Assembly (NCBI GenBank): GCA_000165345.1
Contig: CM000431.1
Location: 544,001 to 608,000 of the forward strand
DNA: 64,000 nucleotides
Direction: 5' to 3'
In this document: one piece after another, positions 34,401 to 49,400 of the stretch
Layout: every line of letters starts with the position of its first letter
Numbering within the stretch: the first letter of the stretch is position 1
Position numbers and translations under genes: made by a program
Notes under the pieces: generated by a model
The model's input: only the letters and a program-made list of their open reading frames with translations
What the model was told of the DNA's origin: nothing
The model's database searches: none

Positions 34401-37400
34401 AAAGAGAGCATATACGAAACTAACAAGACTCAAATCTCGAACTTGATTCTTTCCCAAGACAATTTATCAGATGACAATGTTGGAGTTATTGCGGGATTAG
34501 CCTGCAGATTCCCTGGCGGATGCAATACTCCAGATACGCTCTGGAAATCTCTTATTAGAGGTTATTCGATAAATCCATTGTCTGGCAAAATGTTTAACTC
34601 AGTAGGCGGTGCCTTTTGTGCATCTAGAGAAATTCCAATTCAGAGGTGGAATCATAATTTAGTTTATAATGCAGATCCAGATAAAACGGGTAAATGCTAC
34701 TCTTACAAAGCATGTTTTATTGATTCAATAGACATGTTTGATAATTCCAAGTTTGGAATTACGAATATTGAGGCAAAACATATGGATCCTCAGCAAAGAA
34801 TTGTGCTAGAAACATGCTATGAGGCTCTAGTAGCCGCAAAAATTAAAGAAGAAACTCTAATTGGATTTCAAATGGGTGTATTTATTGGTTGTTGTTCAAA
34901 TGATTGGTCATTTTTACAAAGTAGAAAGGGAATGGCACCATTTACAGGGACTGGGGCTGCAAACACTACAATTTCAAACAGAGTTTCATACGTTTTTGGT
35001 ATGAGGGGTCCAAGCATGACAGTAGATACGGCATGTGCATCATCTCTCACTGCAGCATGCATTGCAATGGACAGTTTTAGAAACAAAGAGTGTAATGGAG
35101 CTATAGTTGGCGGAGTAAATGCTTTATTATCCCCGAACCTCTTCATTGCATTCTGCAAGGCTAGAATGCTTTCAGTAGATGGTAAATGCAAAACATTTGA
35201 CGCTTCAGCTGATGGTTATGTTAGAGGAGAAGGATGTGGCGCAATTGTAATTTTAAAGCAAAGTGAACAAAAGAAGCAAAATACTCCTATATTAGGAAGA
35301 ATAAAAGGTTGGGGATGCAATCATGTAGGGAGAAGCGCAAGCTTAACTGCTCCAAATGGTCCTGCACAAACATGCGTCATTAAAATGGCACTTAATCAAT
35401 CAAAATTAAACAGTTCAGATATTGATTACATTGAAACACATGGAACAGGAACAGCATTAGGAGACCCAATTGAGCTAGGTGCATTAAAAAGTGTTTTTGG
35501 AAGAAATGCAGATTATAAAAGATCAACTCCTTTAGTATTAGGAGCATTAAAAAGTAACATTGGGCACTTGGAGGGCGCAGCAGGTATTGCAGGATTAATT
35601 AAGCTGGTCTTAGTTTTAAAACACGAGACTGCAATTAGAATTGCCCATTTGACTAAAATTAATCCTCATTTAGATTTAGAAGACTTTAATGTCATTATAC
35701 CACAAAAAACCGTTTCATTAAAGTGTAATAAAAACAAACTTATTGGTGGGGTCAGTGGATTTGGATTTGGAGGATGTAATACTCACGTAATAGTGGAATC
35801 AACAGAAAAAAACAAATCTGAGGATATAGAGGCAGCTGATTTCTCGAAAAATCATATTTTGTTCGTATTTACAGGGCAAGGCTCACAGTATATCAATATG
35901 TGTAAGGGTATTTATGAAACTGAACCTATATTTAGAGAAAATATGAATTTATGTAATGAAATCGTTTCTAAAATTCTAAATATATCTCTTCTTGATATAA
36001 TCTATCCAATTGATGGTAATAAAGACGCTGAATTTAAAGCTATGAACATGCTAAATGATACTCGTTATGCTCAGCCAGCAATCTTTGCCGTTGAATATTC
36101 CCTAGCACAATTATGGATTTCTAAAGGTATAAAACCAGATTCAGTACTAGGACATAGCCTTGGAGAGTTTATTGCTGCGACTATTAGTCAAGTAATGACA
36201 ATTGAAGATGCATTAACTCTGGTCACACACAGAGCAAGTATCATGGCATCTACACCTGCTCTAGATGGAATCATGGTAGCCTGTAGACTCACTGAATCTC
36301 AAGTTGTTGATACAATTAAAAGATTCGGCCTCGAAGAATCTGCCTCTCTGGCAGCTGTTAATGGACAGAAAAGTGTCACTATATCTGGGAAAAAAGAGTC
36401 GGTATATAAGATTTTGGAGTATAATAATGTTGGTAGTAGATTCAGACGGCTAGATGTTTCTCATGCATTCCACTCTCCACTGGTCAGTGAAGCATCTGAC
36501 AAATTTAGCAAATTATTGGAAAACATCGAACTAAAAAAACCAACTGTTGAATTTATCTCAACCGTTACTGGAAAAAAAGAAATTGAATCAATATCGACTG
36601 CTAAATATTGGTCAAAACATATATTGAACACTGTTCGACTTTCGGATGCAGTTTATCACGCTATTGAATCTGTAAACTCAAGAATGACATTTATTGAGAT
36701 TACATCAAAGCCTATTCTTTCACAATTATTAAAAGCCCTAATACCTGTAAATAGTAGCCACATTTCAGTTAAATGCACATGCAAGCTGGTAAATTCTGAA
36801 ATTGACTTTATTCAACCTTTAGAGGAAATGCAAGAATTCGGTTCAGAAAATTCAAGTTTTACAAATCATGCTAATAACTTAGATGATGATTCTTGGAGGT
36901 TCAAACTCCTGAAACGAAGGCAAATTTCATGGAGTGATATTAGCCATCCAATAATTGCTCCTCTACATGACTTTAATGATATCGAATGGGTCAAGGAAAA
37001 TATATCCATAAGTAAGTCAAATGCAAGAGAACTTGTCGAAAAATTAGAATTTACCTGTATGATTTCACCAGAATTACTTGATTTGTTTGACAACCACAAA
37101 GTATTGGGACAGTCAATCCTCCCAGGAGCTGCCTTTGTCGATTTTATGGCAACAGTAGCATTGAATTATACAAAGTCGCAATTTACTTTAGGAGTAATTG
37201 GAGCAATGCCAGACTGGATTCAATTAAAGGGAATCTTCTTTAGAAACCCATTTATAATGTCTTCTGCAAAACAATACAAATATTTAAATACACAATTTGA
37301 TAGTCAAGACTATTCTGATGAAGATAATTCAAGCCGTAGTTCAGACTTTAATATTATTATGTCAAAAGGTAACAATTGCCAAATAAGCATTGAGTCTTCA

Positions 37401-40400
37401 TTGAAAATGGACGAAGAAACCGTTGTATATGCAACATGTGATGAAGTAGAATACGTATCAAGTATTGAGGCACAAACAAAAAGTTTGTGTATAATTTCTG
37501 AATGGCCAAGCAGTGAACTTATTTCAAACTCAAAAAAAGTTTCCCAAGAAGATATCTATGAAAAAATGTCAATTGCAGGTCTTCAATATGGTAGCAGGTT
37601 CAAAACTCTGAAAGAAATGTGGAAAGTTACTTCAAACTCCGCAGTAGGGATAATTCAAAGCGAGCTATTTACTAAAAATTGTGCAGAATCACCAGATAAT
37701 CTTGCAGTTTATGAATCAATAATGAATGAAAGAGGCTTTACAATACATCCGACTCTTTTGGATGGCGTATTGCATATGTGCGCATCTATACTTGGCGATC
37801 AATCAGATAAGGAGACATTTAATGAATTACACAAGCGAGCCACAATGGTACCAATAAGTATAAATAAATGCCTTATCACTTCTAAAATTGACACTTCAAA
37901 GTATATCAAGGGAGAAAAATATTGGGCTTTTGTTCAGCTCAAAAGTTCGGATAAGGACAGCGCAATAGTAAATGTTGCACTGAAAAGTATGAGTGGAGTT
38001 CCAATAGCAGTGCTTCTCGGAGTTTCACTTCGCTCTGTTAAAAACGGAGTGATTTCTACTCATACTATTAAACATGTAATTCCAAATGAGCTGTTATGGA
38101 GAATTGACTGGGATGAAGTTATTGAAAGCATTACTAATTCTGAAATAGTGTCGCTTCCAACCAAAGTCAATTGCGATAACACAGAAAATGAGTCCTATCA
38201 AGGGATAAACGCAAATCTGGTTGAAAAAAGAAAAGTTTTATTACTTACTAACTCTTGCAATATTAGTAAAAAAGAATTGTATTCCGAATATTTTACTGCT
38301 GATATTGTATGTGAAGCATCAAAACTATCTTTAGCTGAAATAGAGGCAACAATATATGGGAGAGATGATCAAGAATTGCCACCTTCTCCATCAAATGAAG
38401 CAAAGTATGACTTAATTTGTCTCCATATTCCCAATTCAGATAAGAATAAAGCTATTGTTTCATTATTGCCAGTATTATATCTTTGCAAAATTCTAAGATC
38501 AATGTTCGAAAATAAGGAAAGATTAATTCCACGTGTTAGAATAATTACTGAAAACATATTCAATGTAGATGGAATGAATCTTGAATTTAGAACAAATTCA
38601 GGTGTTGCTCCTTTCATTAAGAGCGCTAGACAAGAACTCGAGTTATTCTCTGATCAATCTGTTTCATTAGGATTAATTGATATAGAGACTGCAGAAGACT
38701 TAAATAAAGCTATAATTCTTTCATTTGTGAAAGATATACTTTGTTTCAAAAAAAGAGAAGATATTACTTCTAACGGCACACTTACAGAATCGCAACGTTT
38801 ATTTTTAAATACCGAATATGAGCCAGAGCTTGTGCTAAAAAAGAAAATTAAAGGTAAAGAAGATAACTGTGAAGCTCATTACAGAATAATTACTCCAAAA
38901 CTAGTCAGCTTAAGAGGCGAAGCAGCGATTATTGGTTCTTGTAAGTTAAATTTGAGTTCTCGCGGAGCGATAAATAATTTAGAGTTGTTACCTTTATCTA
39001 ATGAAGAAAGAAAATGTCCATCTGCAAATACTGTTGAAATTAGAGTAAGGTCAATCGGACTTAACTTTAGAGACGTATTAAATGTTATGGGATTGTATCC
39101 CGGTGACCCTGGACCTCCCGGCGGTGATTGTTCTGGTACTGTTGTCGCTGTTGGTGAAGGCGTTAAGCATATTAAAGTTGGTGATAATGTATTTGGAATT
39201 GCTCCTGGATGCTTAAAAACTTATGTTACCACTGATTCAAATTTGTTATGCAAAATTCCAAAAGGATTTACCTTCGAACAAGCTGCTGCGTTACCAGTTG
39301 TTGCAACTACAGTTGAATATTCTCTTAAAGATATTGCGAATATTAAAAAAGGAGATATTGTTCTAGTTCATGCAGTTACTGGTGGCGTAGGATTAATGGT
39401 TGTTCAATATTGCAAAGCAATTGGTGCTAAAGTATACGGCACAGCTGGAAGCGAATCTAAAGTTGAATATGCACTTTCTAATGGTGTTGAGAGGGTAAGT
39501 AGCTCAAGAAATGCTGATAAATTTAAAGAGGATATGAAAGATTTAGAGGGAAAAGTTGATATTGTAATCAATTCATTGATCGAAGACTTTATTCCAAATT
39601 CTTTGAATTTATTGAAAAAAGGTGGTTGTTTTGTCGAATTGGGAAAAAGAGGAATATGGACAGAAGAAGAGATGAAAGAAAAGAGACCTGATATTAAGTA
39701 CAAATGTGTTGCTGTTGATGTAATGATGGAGGAAGATCCTTCTTGGTTTGGGGGAATGCTAACAAGAATAAAAAATTTGGTAGAAGAAGGAATAATCGAA
39801 TCATTACCATTGAAGGTGTTTGATATGAGAGGTTCAGATGAGAATGGAATAGATGCATTCAGATATATGCAAAGAGCGCAACATATAGGAAAGGTTATCA
39901 TCAAAATTCCAACTCCTTTCAAATATTTAGAATTGGATACGGAAAATCATAAGTTAAACAACGTTGGTTCTGAAAAAGAAGATAGACACAACAATGAATA
40001 TGGCATTCATGTGATTACTGGAGGATTAGGAGGAATTGGAAGGATTATTATCAAGTGGATGTTAGAAGAAGGAGTTAGAAAGATTGCAATTTTATCAAGA
40101 AGCGCTAATAATGATTCTTTAAGAGATATCCCAGAAATAAAGGATTATTTGAATACAGATATTATTCAAATAGAATGCATAAAATGTGATGTTTCGATAT
40201 TGTCACAGGTAGAGAGTGCATTTAGGGAGATTTTAGTTAAATTTGGAGAAACGAACCAAATACATGGAATATTCCATGCTGCAGGTATTCTGATGGATGG
40301 AGCAATTGCTTCTCAAACAATGGAAATGATGGAGTCAGTATATGCACCCAAGGTATATGGAGCATGGAATCTACATGAGTGTTGTGAGAAGTTTGACTTG

Positions 40401-43400
40401 AATAAAAATTTGAAGCACTTCGTGATGTTTTCTTCAGTTGCATCATTACTGGGTAATTTTGGTCAAACAAACTACTCTGCAGCGAATTCTTGTTTAGATT
40501 CATTGGTTGAATATAGAAGAAATAAAGGAATGTGCGGAACTAGTATACAATGGGGTCCCTGGATTGAACAAGGAATGGCAATGAATATAAAACAACATTT
40601 AGAGAAGGTTGGAATGCATGGAATATCCAATGAAATGGGTATAAGAGTGATTAATGACGTGATCTTATATCAAAACACAGATTTAGATAAGAACTCATTA
40701 GGGAAATACCCAGTAATCACTTGCCAATCATTTAATTGGAATGTATATATGCGTCAATTATATTATAACTCAAAATATCCATCATTCTTCAAAGATGTGG
40801 TTGCATCAATGTCTACTGGAGAAGTAAAGAATATAGGAATGGATTTCAGGGGAATGAGTAAAGAGGAAGTGTACTCGTATGTTAAAGACTCAGTGCATAA
40901 TATAGTAGAACAGATTATTGGAATACAATCGTCAACTCTTGACTTGGACACGCCATTTTCAGAACTTGGGATGGATTCTTTGTCGGCAATTGAGTTGAGG
41001 AATGCATTAATTTCAAGATTTGGAATTAAGATATCTTCGACAGCATTGTTTGATTACCCAACATTGAGATCAATTATTCAGCATTTGACAGACTCTTTAT
41101 ATGTTTCAGAAACCCGAGACGCATTTTCTGACCTAGGAATGAGTATCTCAGAAAGAGAGTATTCAGTCGCAATAATTGGTGTTTCTTGTAGGCTTCCCGG
41201 TAGAGTAAAGTCATTTAACGATCTTTATGAAATTGTTTTGCTTAAAAGTAAGGATTGCATTACGGAAATTCCATTAGATAGATGGCCATTTGATTTATAT
41301 TATGACCCAGATCCAGATAATAGAAGCAAGTCATATGTAAACCAAGGTGCATTCATAACTGACATTGATCTATTTGATAATACTTTCTTTGGTCTTTCAT
41401 CAACTGAGGCTACAAATGTTGACCCTCAACAAAAATATATGCTTGAGGTAGCATATGAAGCAATGTATAATTCTGGAATTACAAAACGTTCGCTAACTAG
41501 CATCAAAAAAACAGCAAAAACAGGTGATGATCCTGTATTAATGGGAGTTTTTATTGGCTGTTGCAATACGGATTGGCACTTCCTTCAAGCAAAGTTTGGC
41601 TTTGAAAACTTCACTTCTTATACTGGTTCTGGCGGTGCAAGCTCTCTTGTTTCTAATAGAGTATCATATTCGTTTGGATTTAGGGGGCCTTCGCAGACCA
41701 TAGACACTGCATGCTCTTCGTCTCTTGTTGCGATGGATGCAGCTCTAAAGTCGTTGAAAGAAGGCTCTTGTCATACTGCATTAGTTGGAGGCGTAAACTT
41801 AATGCTAAGCCCGCATTTATTTGTAGCATTTTGCCGTGCAAGAATGCTTTCTCCTGATTGTAGATGTAAAACATTTGACGCCTCTGCAAATGGATATGTT
41901 AGAGGAGAGGGATGCGGCGCAATTTTATTAACTAAGAGATCAGAAATAGGTGGAAAAAAAATTAGGCCAATTGCATATGTGTTGGGATCTGCAACAAATC
42001 ATAATGGGAGATCTGCAAGCCTCACAGCTCCAAATGGTCCCTCACAAACAGAAGTTATTCAAAATGCCCTAAGAAATGCTAGATTAACTCCTAATGATAT
42101 TGATTACCTAGAATCTCATGGAACAGGAACTCCTCTTGGAGATCCTATAGAGTTTGGTGCGTTAAAGACGGTTTTTGGAAACAAAAAGGATATTAAGAGA
42201 AGTCAACCTCTTATTCTTGGAGCTCTGAAAACGAATATTGGTCATCTTGAGGGCGCAGCAGGTGTTTCAGGACTACTAAAGTTAATCTTGGTGTTGAAAA
42301 ATCGTATTGCACCAAAAATATTGCATTTCCAAAAACTTAATCCTCATATTGATACTGAGAACTTCGACGTTGAATTCCCAACTGAGTTAAAACCTATTAT
42401 TTCTAATAAATCAAAATTAGTTGGTGGTGTGAGCTCATTTGGGTTTGGAGGATGTAATTCCCATGTAATTTTGGAATCTGCCTCTGCCAACGAATTGAAT
42501 ACTGAAAGTAGCCAAAATAAAAACTATCCATATTTGATATTTGCGTATACTGGCCAAGGATGCCAATATATTAATATGTGCAAGCAACTGTATGATACGG
42601 AAGAAGTTTTTAGAAATGAAATGGATAAATGCAATGAACTTTTATATCCAATATTGGGGAGATCATTAATTTCAACAATATATTGTGAAAAAACTATGGA
42701 GAGTGAGAAGTTGATAAATCATACATCAATTTCTCAACCAGCAATATTTTCAATTGAATATTCATTAACTAAACTGTGGGAATCAAAGGGTATAGTTCCA
42801 TCTGCAGTAATGGGTCATAGCCTTGGAGAATTTGCAGCAGCAGTTACTAGTGGGATCTTATGCCTCAAAGATGCCATCACTCTAGTTGCAAGGAGAGCAG
42901 AAATTATGGCGTCTCTTCCTCAGAATGATGGAATAATGGTTGCTTGCAGGGTTTCAGAAGATCAAGTATTAGATTCTATTAATAAATTGAACTTAAAAGA
43001 TTCTGCAGCAGTTGCTGCAATAAATGGTCCAAAGAGCGTAACGATATCAGGAAGCAGGAGTTCAGTAATGCAGGTCCTGAATAATTTGGGTATGGAAGAC
43101 AGATATAAACAACTTGATGTTTCTCATGCATTCCATTCTCCTTTGGTTAGCTCTGCTGAAGAAAAGTTTGAAAAAGTAATAGAAAATATTCAATTTTTCG
43201 AGCCAAAATTAACATTCTTTTCTTCTGTAACGGGTAATATTGAATCTAAATTGTTAATAGAAAATAAATATTGGGCACAACATATTATACATTCTGTTAG
43301 ATATTATGATGCACTTGAGACTGCAATTTCCACAGATGAAGAAAACATAGCAATTATCGAAATTGGACCTAAGTCTGTTCTTACCTCGATGGGCAAACAA

Positions 43401-46400
43401 GCAGTAGGAGGCATTCAATTAGTACAAAGCTCAAATGAAAATATTTCAAATAATGAATTGACATGGATTCCAACAATTGATAATTCAAAATCAAATACAA
43501 TTGATTTCAATGATGCGCTAAAAGCTGCTCGGGAATATATAAAATATATTTCAGAAAGCGTTTGTGTTCATAAATGGAACCACTCTAGGTTCCATTGGGC
43601 AGATTTGACATCTGTCCACCCCTTATTGGGAAAGTTTTATTCATCAATTTCAGATGAAAATTATCTTGCTTATTCCACTGATATGCTAAAATCTAAAGTA
43701 TTTAAAAACATTGTAGAAGATCATGTTATTTTTGATACAAATATTATTCCCGCAGCAGCATTGATTGAGGCATCTGCATGCGCAGCATTTAAATTACAAA
43801 GGTCTGAAAAGTTCCCATCTAAATACGTCGAAATGGATTCAATGGATATTGAAAAGCCATTAGTATCAAATCAAGATGAAACTACATCTGAAATGGAAGT
43901 CTTTGTTGCAAAAAGTGGAGCAATTCAAATAAGGAAAAAATGCATTTCCGAAGCATTTGAATATGAAGAAGAATTTTCTGGACCACAAATAATTGCCAAT
44001 GATACAGTATTTAGTAATAGTAGAATTTACCATCATGCATCTATTTCAAACTCTAGAATACTTAGCAAGGATGAAGTAGATAAACAATGTTTCCCAAATT
44101 TAGTGGATTATTTAGAAAAGTATTCATCAAAAGATACAATGGAAGTCCCCATTGACAATATTTACAAAATGATGAATGAAATTGGTCTACAATATCAAAA
44201 AAATTATCAATGCCTTAAAACTGTAAAAGTAAAAATTGATAATAGCAACGATGAAAAAAAAATAAAGAGTTCAGGAAGCAATCAGATAAATGAGGTATTC
44301 TGCTATGTTAAGAGGCCAATAAGTGATTTTGACCTAACTGAGCTTAGGATTCACCCTGGAATGCTTGATTCAGTATTTCAAGCATCCTCAGTTTTGTTTG
44401 CCTCTGATGAGTTATTAGAGGGCAAAGATACGACAAAAAATAAGAGAGGACATGTTGCAATGGCTCCAATTGGATTCACTAAGTGTTTTTATGGAAGAAT
44501 ACAACATAATTCTGATGTTTGGGGTCTAGTGAAATTAAATCGATTTGAAAAAAAAGGAAATATAGCATTTATTGATGTAACTTTGTGGGATAGCAAAACA
44601 AATATTTTGGCAGCGCATTTCCAAGATTTAATTTTAAAAGGATTTTCGAACGCAGCATCGTTACTGTCCCAAGAAGTCAGAATTCCAAACCAGTTTTTGT
44701 GGAGAACTTATAATAAAAAGATAGTAGATAGAACTAATTATATTGAAAATAGCAGTACATTTGAACAAGAAAATAAAGAAGATCAAGATAAAGAGTTCAA
44801 CAGTGAAGACTCCGATCATGATAACCAAATCCAAAAGATTCTTATCTTTGGAATACCAACTGTAATTAAGGAATTGATTTGTAGTAAAATGGACAATAAA
44901 TACAAAAAGATTTCAACCACATTTATTTGTTTAGAAGAAGATCTAACGATTGACCTGATTGATCAGAAAATACAAGAAGAAAACTGGTCTGCTATGTTTT
45001 ATTTAGGTGGTTTAATGGATAATCTCTCAAGTAAGCAAGTTATGGGCGATATTTTAAAAATATCGCAGGTAATTTCAACTATTTCTGTATCTATTACAAC
45101 CGCACCATTTGTTTGTTTAACTTCATTTAATGATTGCAAAGAAGATGGGAACATTCCTAGACATTCAGGAATTAAAGGTTTTGTGAAAACAGCTAGAGTT
45201 GAACTTGAAAATGTCATAGGAAAATCAATAAACATTTCTCATATTGAGTGCAATTCGAGTTTGGTAAACGATCCAGAAACTCTTATGAGGACAATAAGTT
45301 ACATAGCCTCAATATATGAAGGAAAGATTGAAGAGGAAATTACTTTGGAAAGAGATTTAACTATATCTGAAAGTGGAATTTATGCCCCCAGATTAGAAAG
45401 TATTAATTTCCCTGTTTTTGGTGCAATTAAATTAACAATGTCATCTAGGGGAGCAATTGGAAACCTTAAATTCAAGCCACAACCACAATCTGAAAGAGTA
45501 AATCCACCTGCAAATACTGTTGAAATTAGAGTAAGGTCAATCGGACTTAACTTTAGAGACGTATTAAATGTTATGGGATTGTATCCCGGTGACCCTGGAC
45601 CTCCCGGCGGTGATTGTTCTGGTACTGTTGTCGCTGTTGGTGAAGGCGTTAAGCATATTAAAGTTGGTGATAATGTATTTGGAATTGCTCCTGGATGCTT
45701 AAAAACTTATGTTATCACTGATTCAAATTTGTTATGCAAAATTCCAAAAGGATTTACCTTCGAACAAGCTGCTGCGTTACCAGTTGTTGCAACTACAGTT
45801 GAATATTCTCTTAGAGATATTGCGAATATTAAAAAAGGAGATATTGTTCTAGTTCATGCAGTTACTGGTGGCGTAGGATTAATGGTTGTTCAATATTGCA
45901 AAGCAATTGGTGCTAAAGTATACGGCACAGCTGGAAGCGAATCTAAAGTTGAATATGCACTTTCTAATGGTGTTGAGAGGGTAAGCAGCTCAAGAAATGC
46001 TGATAAATTTAAAGAGGACATGAAAGATTTAGAGGGAAAAGTTGATATTGTAATCAATTCATTGATCGAAGACTTTATTCCAAATTCTTTGAATTTATTG
46101 AAAAAAGGTGGTTGTTTTGTTGAATTAGGAAAAAGAGGAATATGGACAGAAGAAGAGATGAAAGAAAAGAGACCTGATATTAAGTATAAATGTGTTGCTG
46201 TTGATGTAATGATGGAGGAAGATCCTTCTTGGTTTGGAGGAATGCTAACAAGAATAAAAAATTTGGTAGAAGAAGGAATAATCGAGTCATTACCATTGAA
46301 GGTGTATGATATGAGAGGTTCAGATGAGAATGGAATAGATGCATTCAGATATATGCAAAGAGCGCAACATATAGGAAAGGTTATCATCAAAATTCCAACT

Positions 46401-49400
46401 CCTTTCAAATATTTAGAATTGGATACGGAAAATCATAAGTTAAACAACGTTGGTTCTGAAAAAGAAGATAGACACAACAATGAATATGGCATTCATGTGA
46501 TTACTGGAGGATTAGGAGGAATTGGAAGGATTATTATCAAGTGGATGTTAGAAGAAGGAGTTAGAAAGATTGCAATTTTATCAAGAAGTGCTAATAATGA
46601 TTCTTTAAGAGATATCCCAGAAATAAAGGATTATTTGAATACAGATATTATTCAAATAGAATGCATAAAATGTGATGTTTCGATATTGTCACAGGTAGAG
46701 AGTGCATTTAGGGAGATTTTAGTTAAATTTGGAGAAACGAACCAAATACATGGAATATTCCATGCTGCAGGTATTCTGATGGATGGAGCAATTGCTTCTC
46801 AAACAATGGAAATGATGGAGTCAGTATATGCACCCAAGGTATATGGAGCATGGAATCTACATGAGTGTTGTGAAAAGTTTGAATTGAATAAAAATTTGAA
46901 GCACTTCGTGATGTTTTCTTCAGTTGCATCATTACTGGGTAATTTTGGTCAAACAAACTACTCTGCAGCGAATTCTTGTTTAGATTCATTGGTTGAATAT
47001 AGAAGAAATAAAGGAATGTGCGGAACTAGTATACAATGGGGTCCCTGGATTGAACAAGGAATGGCAGCAAATCTTAAACAACATTTAGAGAAGGTTGGAA
47101 TGTATGGCATATCCAATGAATTGGGTATTCGTGTTTTGAACGACATTCTATGCTTTGTATCAAAAAGTAGCTCTGTTATTGGTTGTCAGTCACTGAAATG
47201 GGATACGTTTATGCGCCGTTACAATACGATACCAACATTTTTAAGTGAAGTCGATTACAGTTCTCAGGGTAGATCACAAGGTCGTGTTGACATAAGCAAG
47301 CTGTCTGACGAGGAATTGGTTGTTGTCATTGCTCAAGTTGCTCAACAGTGTGCTAGTTCTCCGACATTACCAAGCCCAGATACTGTTTTGTTAGATTTAG
47401 GATTGGATTCATTGGGAGCTGTTGAATTCAGGAATTCAGTACTTGAAATGACAGGAGTTAAATTGCCGCAGACACTTGTTTTTGAAAACCCTACAATATA
47501 TGCAATTTCTATGTATGTAAGGGATCAAAATTCAGGAAACTCTACAAAATCAGATTCTAAAAAACATTCCCAGACTTCAAACGAACAAGCAAAGATGACA
47601 ATTGAGCAGTGGCTTCTATCTTCACTCAAACAGTCAGAAAGGTATATTTTATATGCTGAAGCTTTTGAAAAAAAATACCAAACAATCAGTAATTTAATTA
47701 CTGAGACTGATATTATTAGTGCATTAGAAGAGTTGGGAGTTGAAAATAATCAGGATTATGATCTATTATATGTTTCTTGGAATGAATTAATTTCTTCTGA
47801 AGAGGAAAATAGTAAGAAGCAAAATGATAGCAATAGCAAAAAACTTGAACAGGAGTTAATATTCGATCCTATTGCGGATGTAGAAGAGATCAAAAATTCC
47901 ATGAAATTAGATTTGGATGGGATATCAACAACAACTGACCCATCAGAGTTCAAAACCGCACTTTTGACAGGTGTAACAGGATTTGTTGGTAGAATATTGC
48001 TCGTGAAACTAATTGAAGAGTTTAAGAATATGCAGATTGTTTGTCTTGTAAGAGCAAGCAGCTCTGAAAAAGGCTTAGAAAGAATAATTAATGTTTGTGA
48101 AGAGGCAGAAGTGTGGAATCCAACCTATGCTTCTAGGATTATTGTCGAATGTGGAAACTTCGAAGAGGAGTATTTAGGACTTTCAGAAGAGAGATATTAT
48201 GAATTATGTAAAGAAATCGACGTTGTTTATCATATTGGAGGTGATGTTAATCTATTAAGTAATTACAAGAGATTAAGAAAAACAAACACTCTTTCACTTG
48301 TTGGTATAATAAATTTTTGTACAACTATCAAGCTTAAGCACTTGCATTTCTCTTCTACACTTGGACAGTTTCCAGCATTTTTTGCGGTATTTACCAGGGA
48401 GTTTGAAAATGCAGTTGTTAAGGAAACAGAAGGGCCATCTACGAGAGAAATGAGCAGATTGTTTCCTCCTACAAGACAAGGGTATCCTTGGAGTAAGTGG
48501 GCAGCTGAACAAATATTAGAAACTGCTCATCAACAAGGACTTCCACTTTCAATTTACAGACTGCCAAATACATATATTGCATCAGATACAGGTTATACAA
48601 ACAAAACTGATTATGCAACAGCTTTATTGATCGCTTCAATTTTGGAGGGTATGTTCCCTATTGGTTCATCAACTGCGCCATTGACACCTGTTAATACAAT
48701 ATGTGAAATAATAATATCTGCATCTAAAAAGAAAGAAAGGAAGCATTGGAGATATAACTTATTAGACACAAGAATTTTAGGAAAAAAACATGTTGAAGCT
48801 TGGGCATCTCAATTAGGGCTAGGAAATTATAAAGGCGTTGCTATTGATGAATTCTTCAGTGCAATTAAAAGTAGAGGGCCAGAAAGCCCAATTTTCAAAT
48901 TTGTACCATTAATGCAATACTGGAGGCACTATTGGTTTGATAATACTGAAAGAACTCAACCTTTTCCAGTAGATACATCGAATGTTTCTGAAGATATGCC
49001 TGAAATTTCATGGCCACCGTTGGAGATTACTTTTCAAAACTCATTTTTATACTGCGCAAAAAGAGGTTATTTCCCATCAAACTCTTCTTCAATTTCCTTC
49101 ACTCCAATTAAATGTTACAGCGATGCTTTAAATGAAATTAAAGCAGAATTAAGTTTAAGAAATGTTAATTTCAACCAGAATAAGTATGATTTTATTTGCA
49201 GAAAAATGCAAAAAAATGCAGACTCGATTTACGATTCATTAAAAAAAGTTTCGCTCAATTTCTGTGCTAAATATTCTTACTACATACTTCTGAAGCAATC
49301 TATAGTAAATCAATATATTGTTCAAGAGTCCCTCAATGATTCAATTTTAGAAAAGTTTAAAATGATGGATTGCTACTTTATTACGGGAACATCGTTTGAG

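Noticed and set aside
32451-47066. Regularly spaced repeats (about 6.5 kb apart) as a possible CRISPR or tandem array
   Set aside because: The repeats are 0.85-1.56 kb coding segments of homologous enzyme domains within one ORF, not short direct repeats with spacers.
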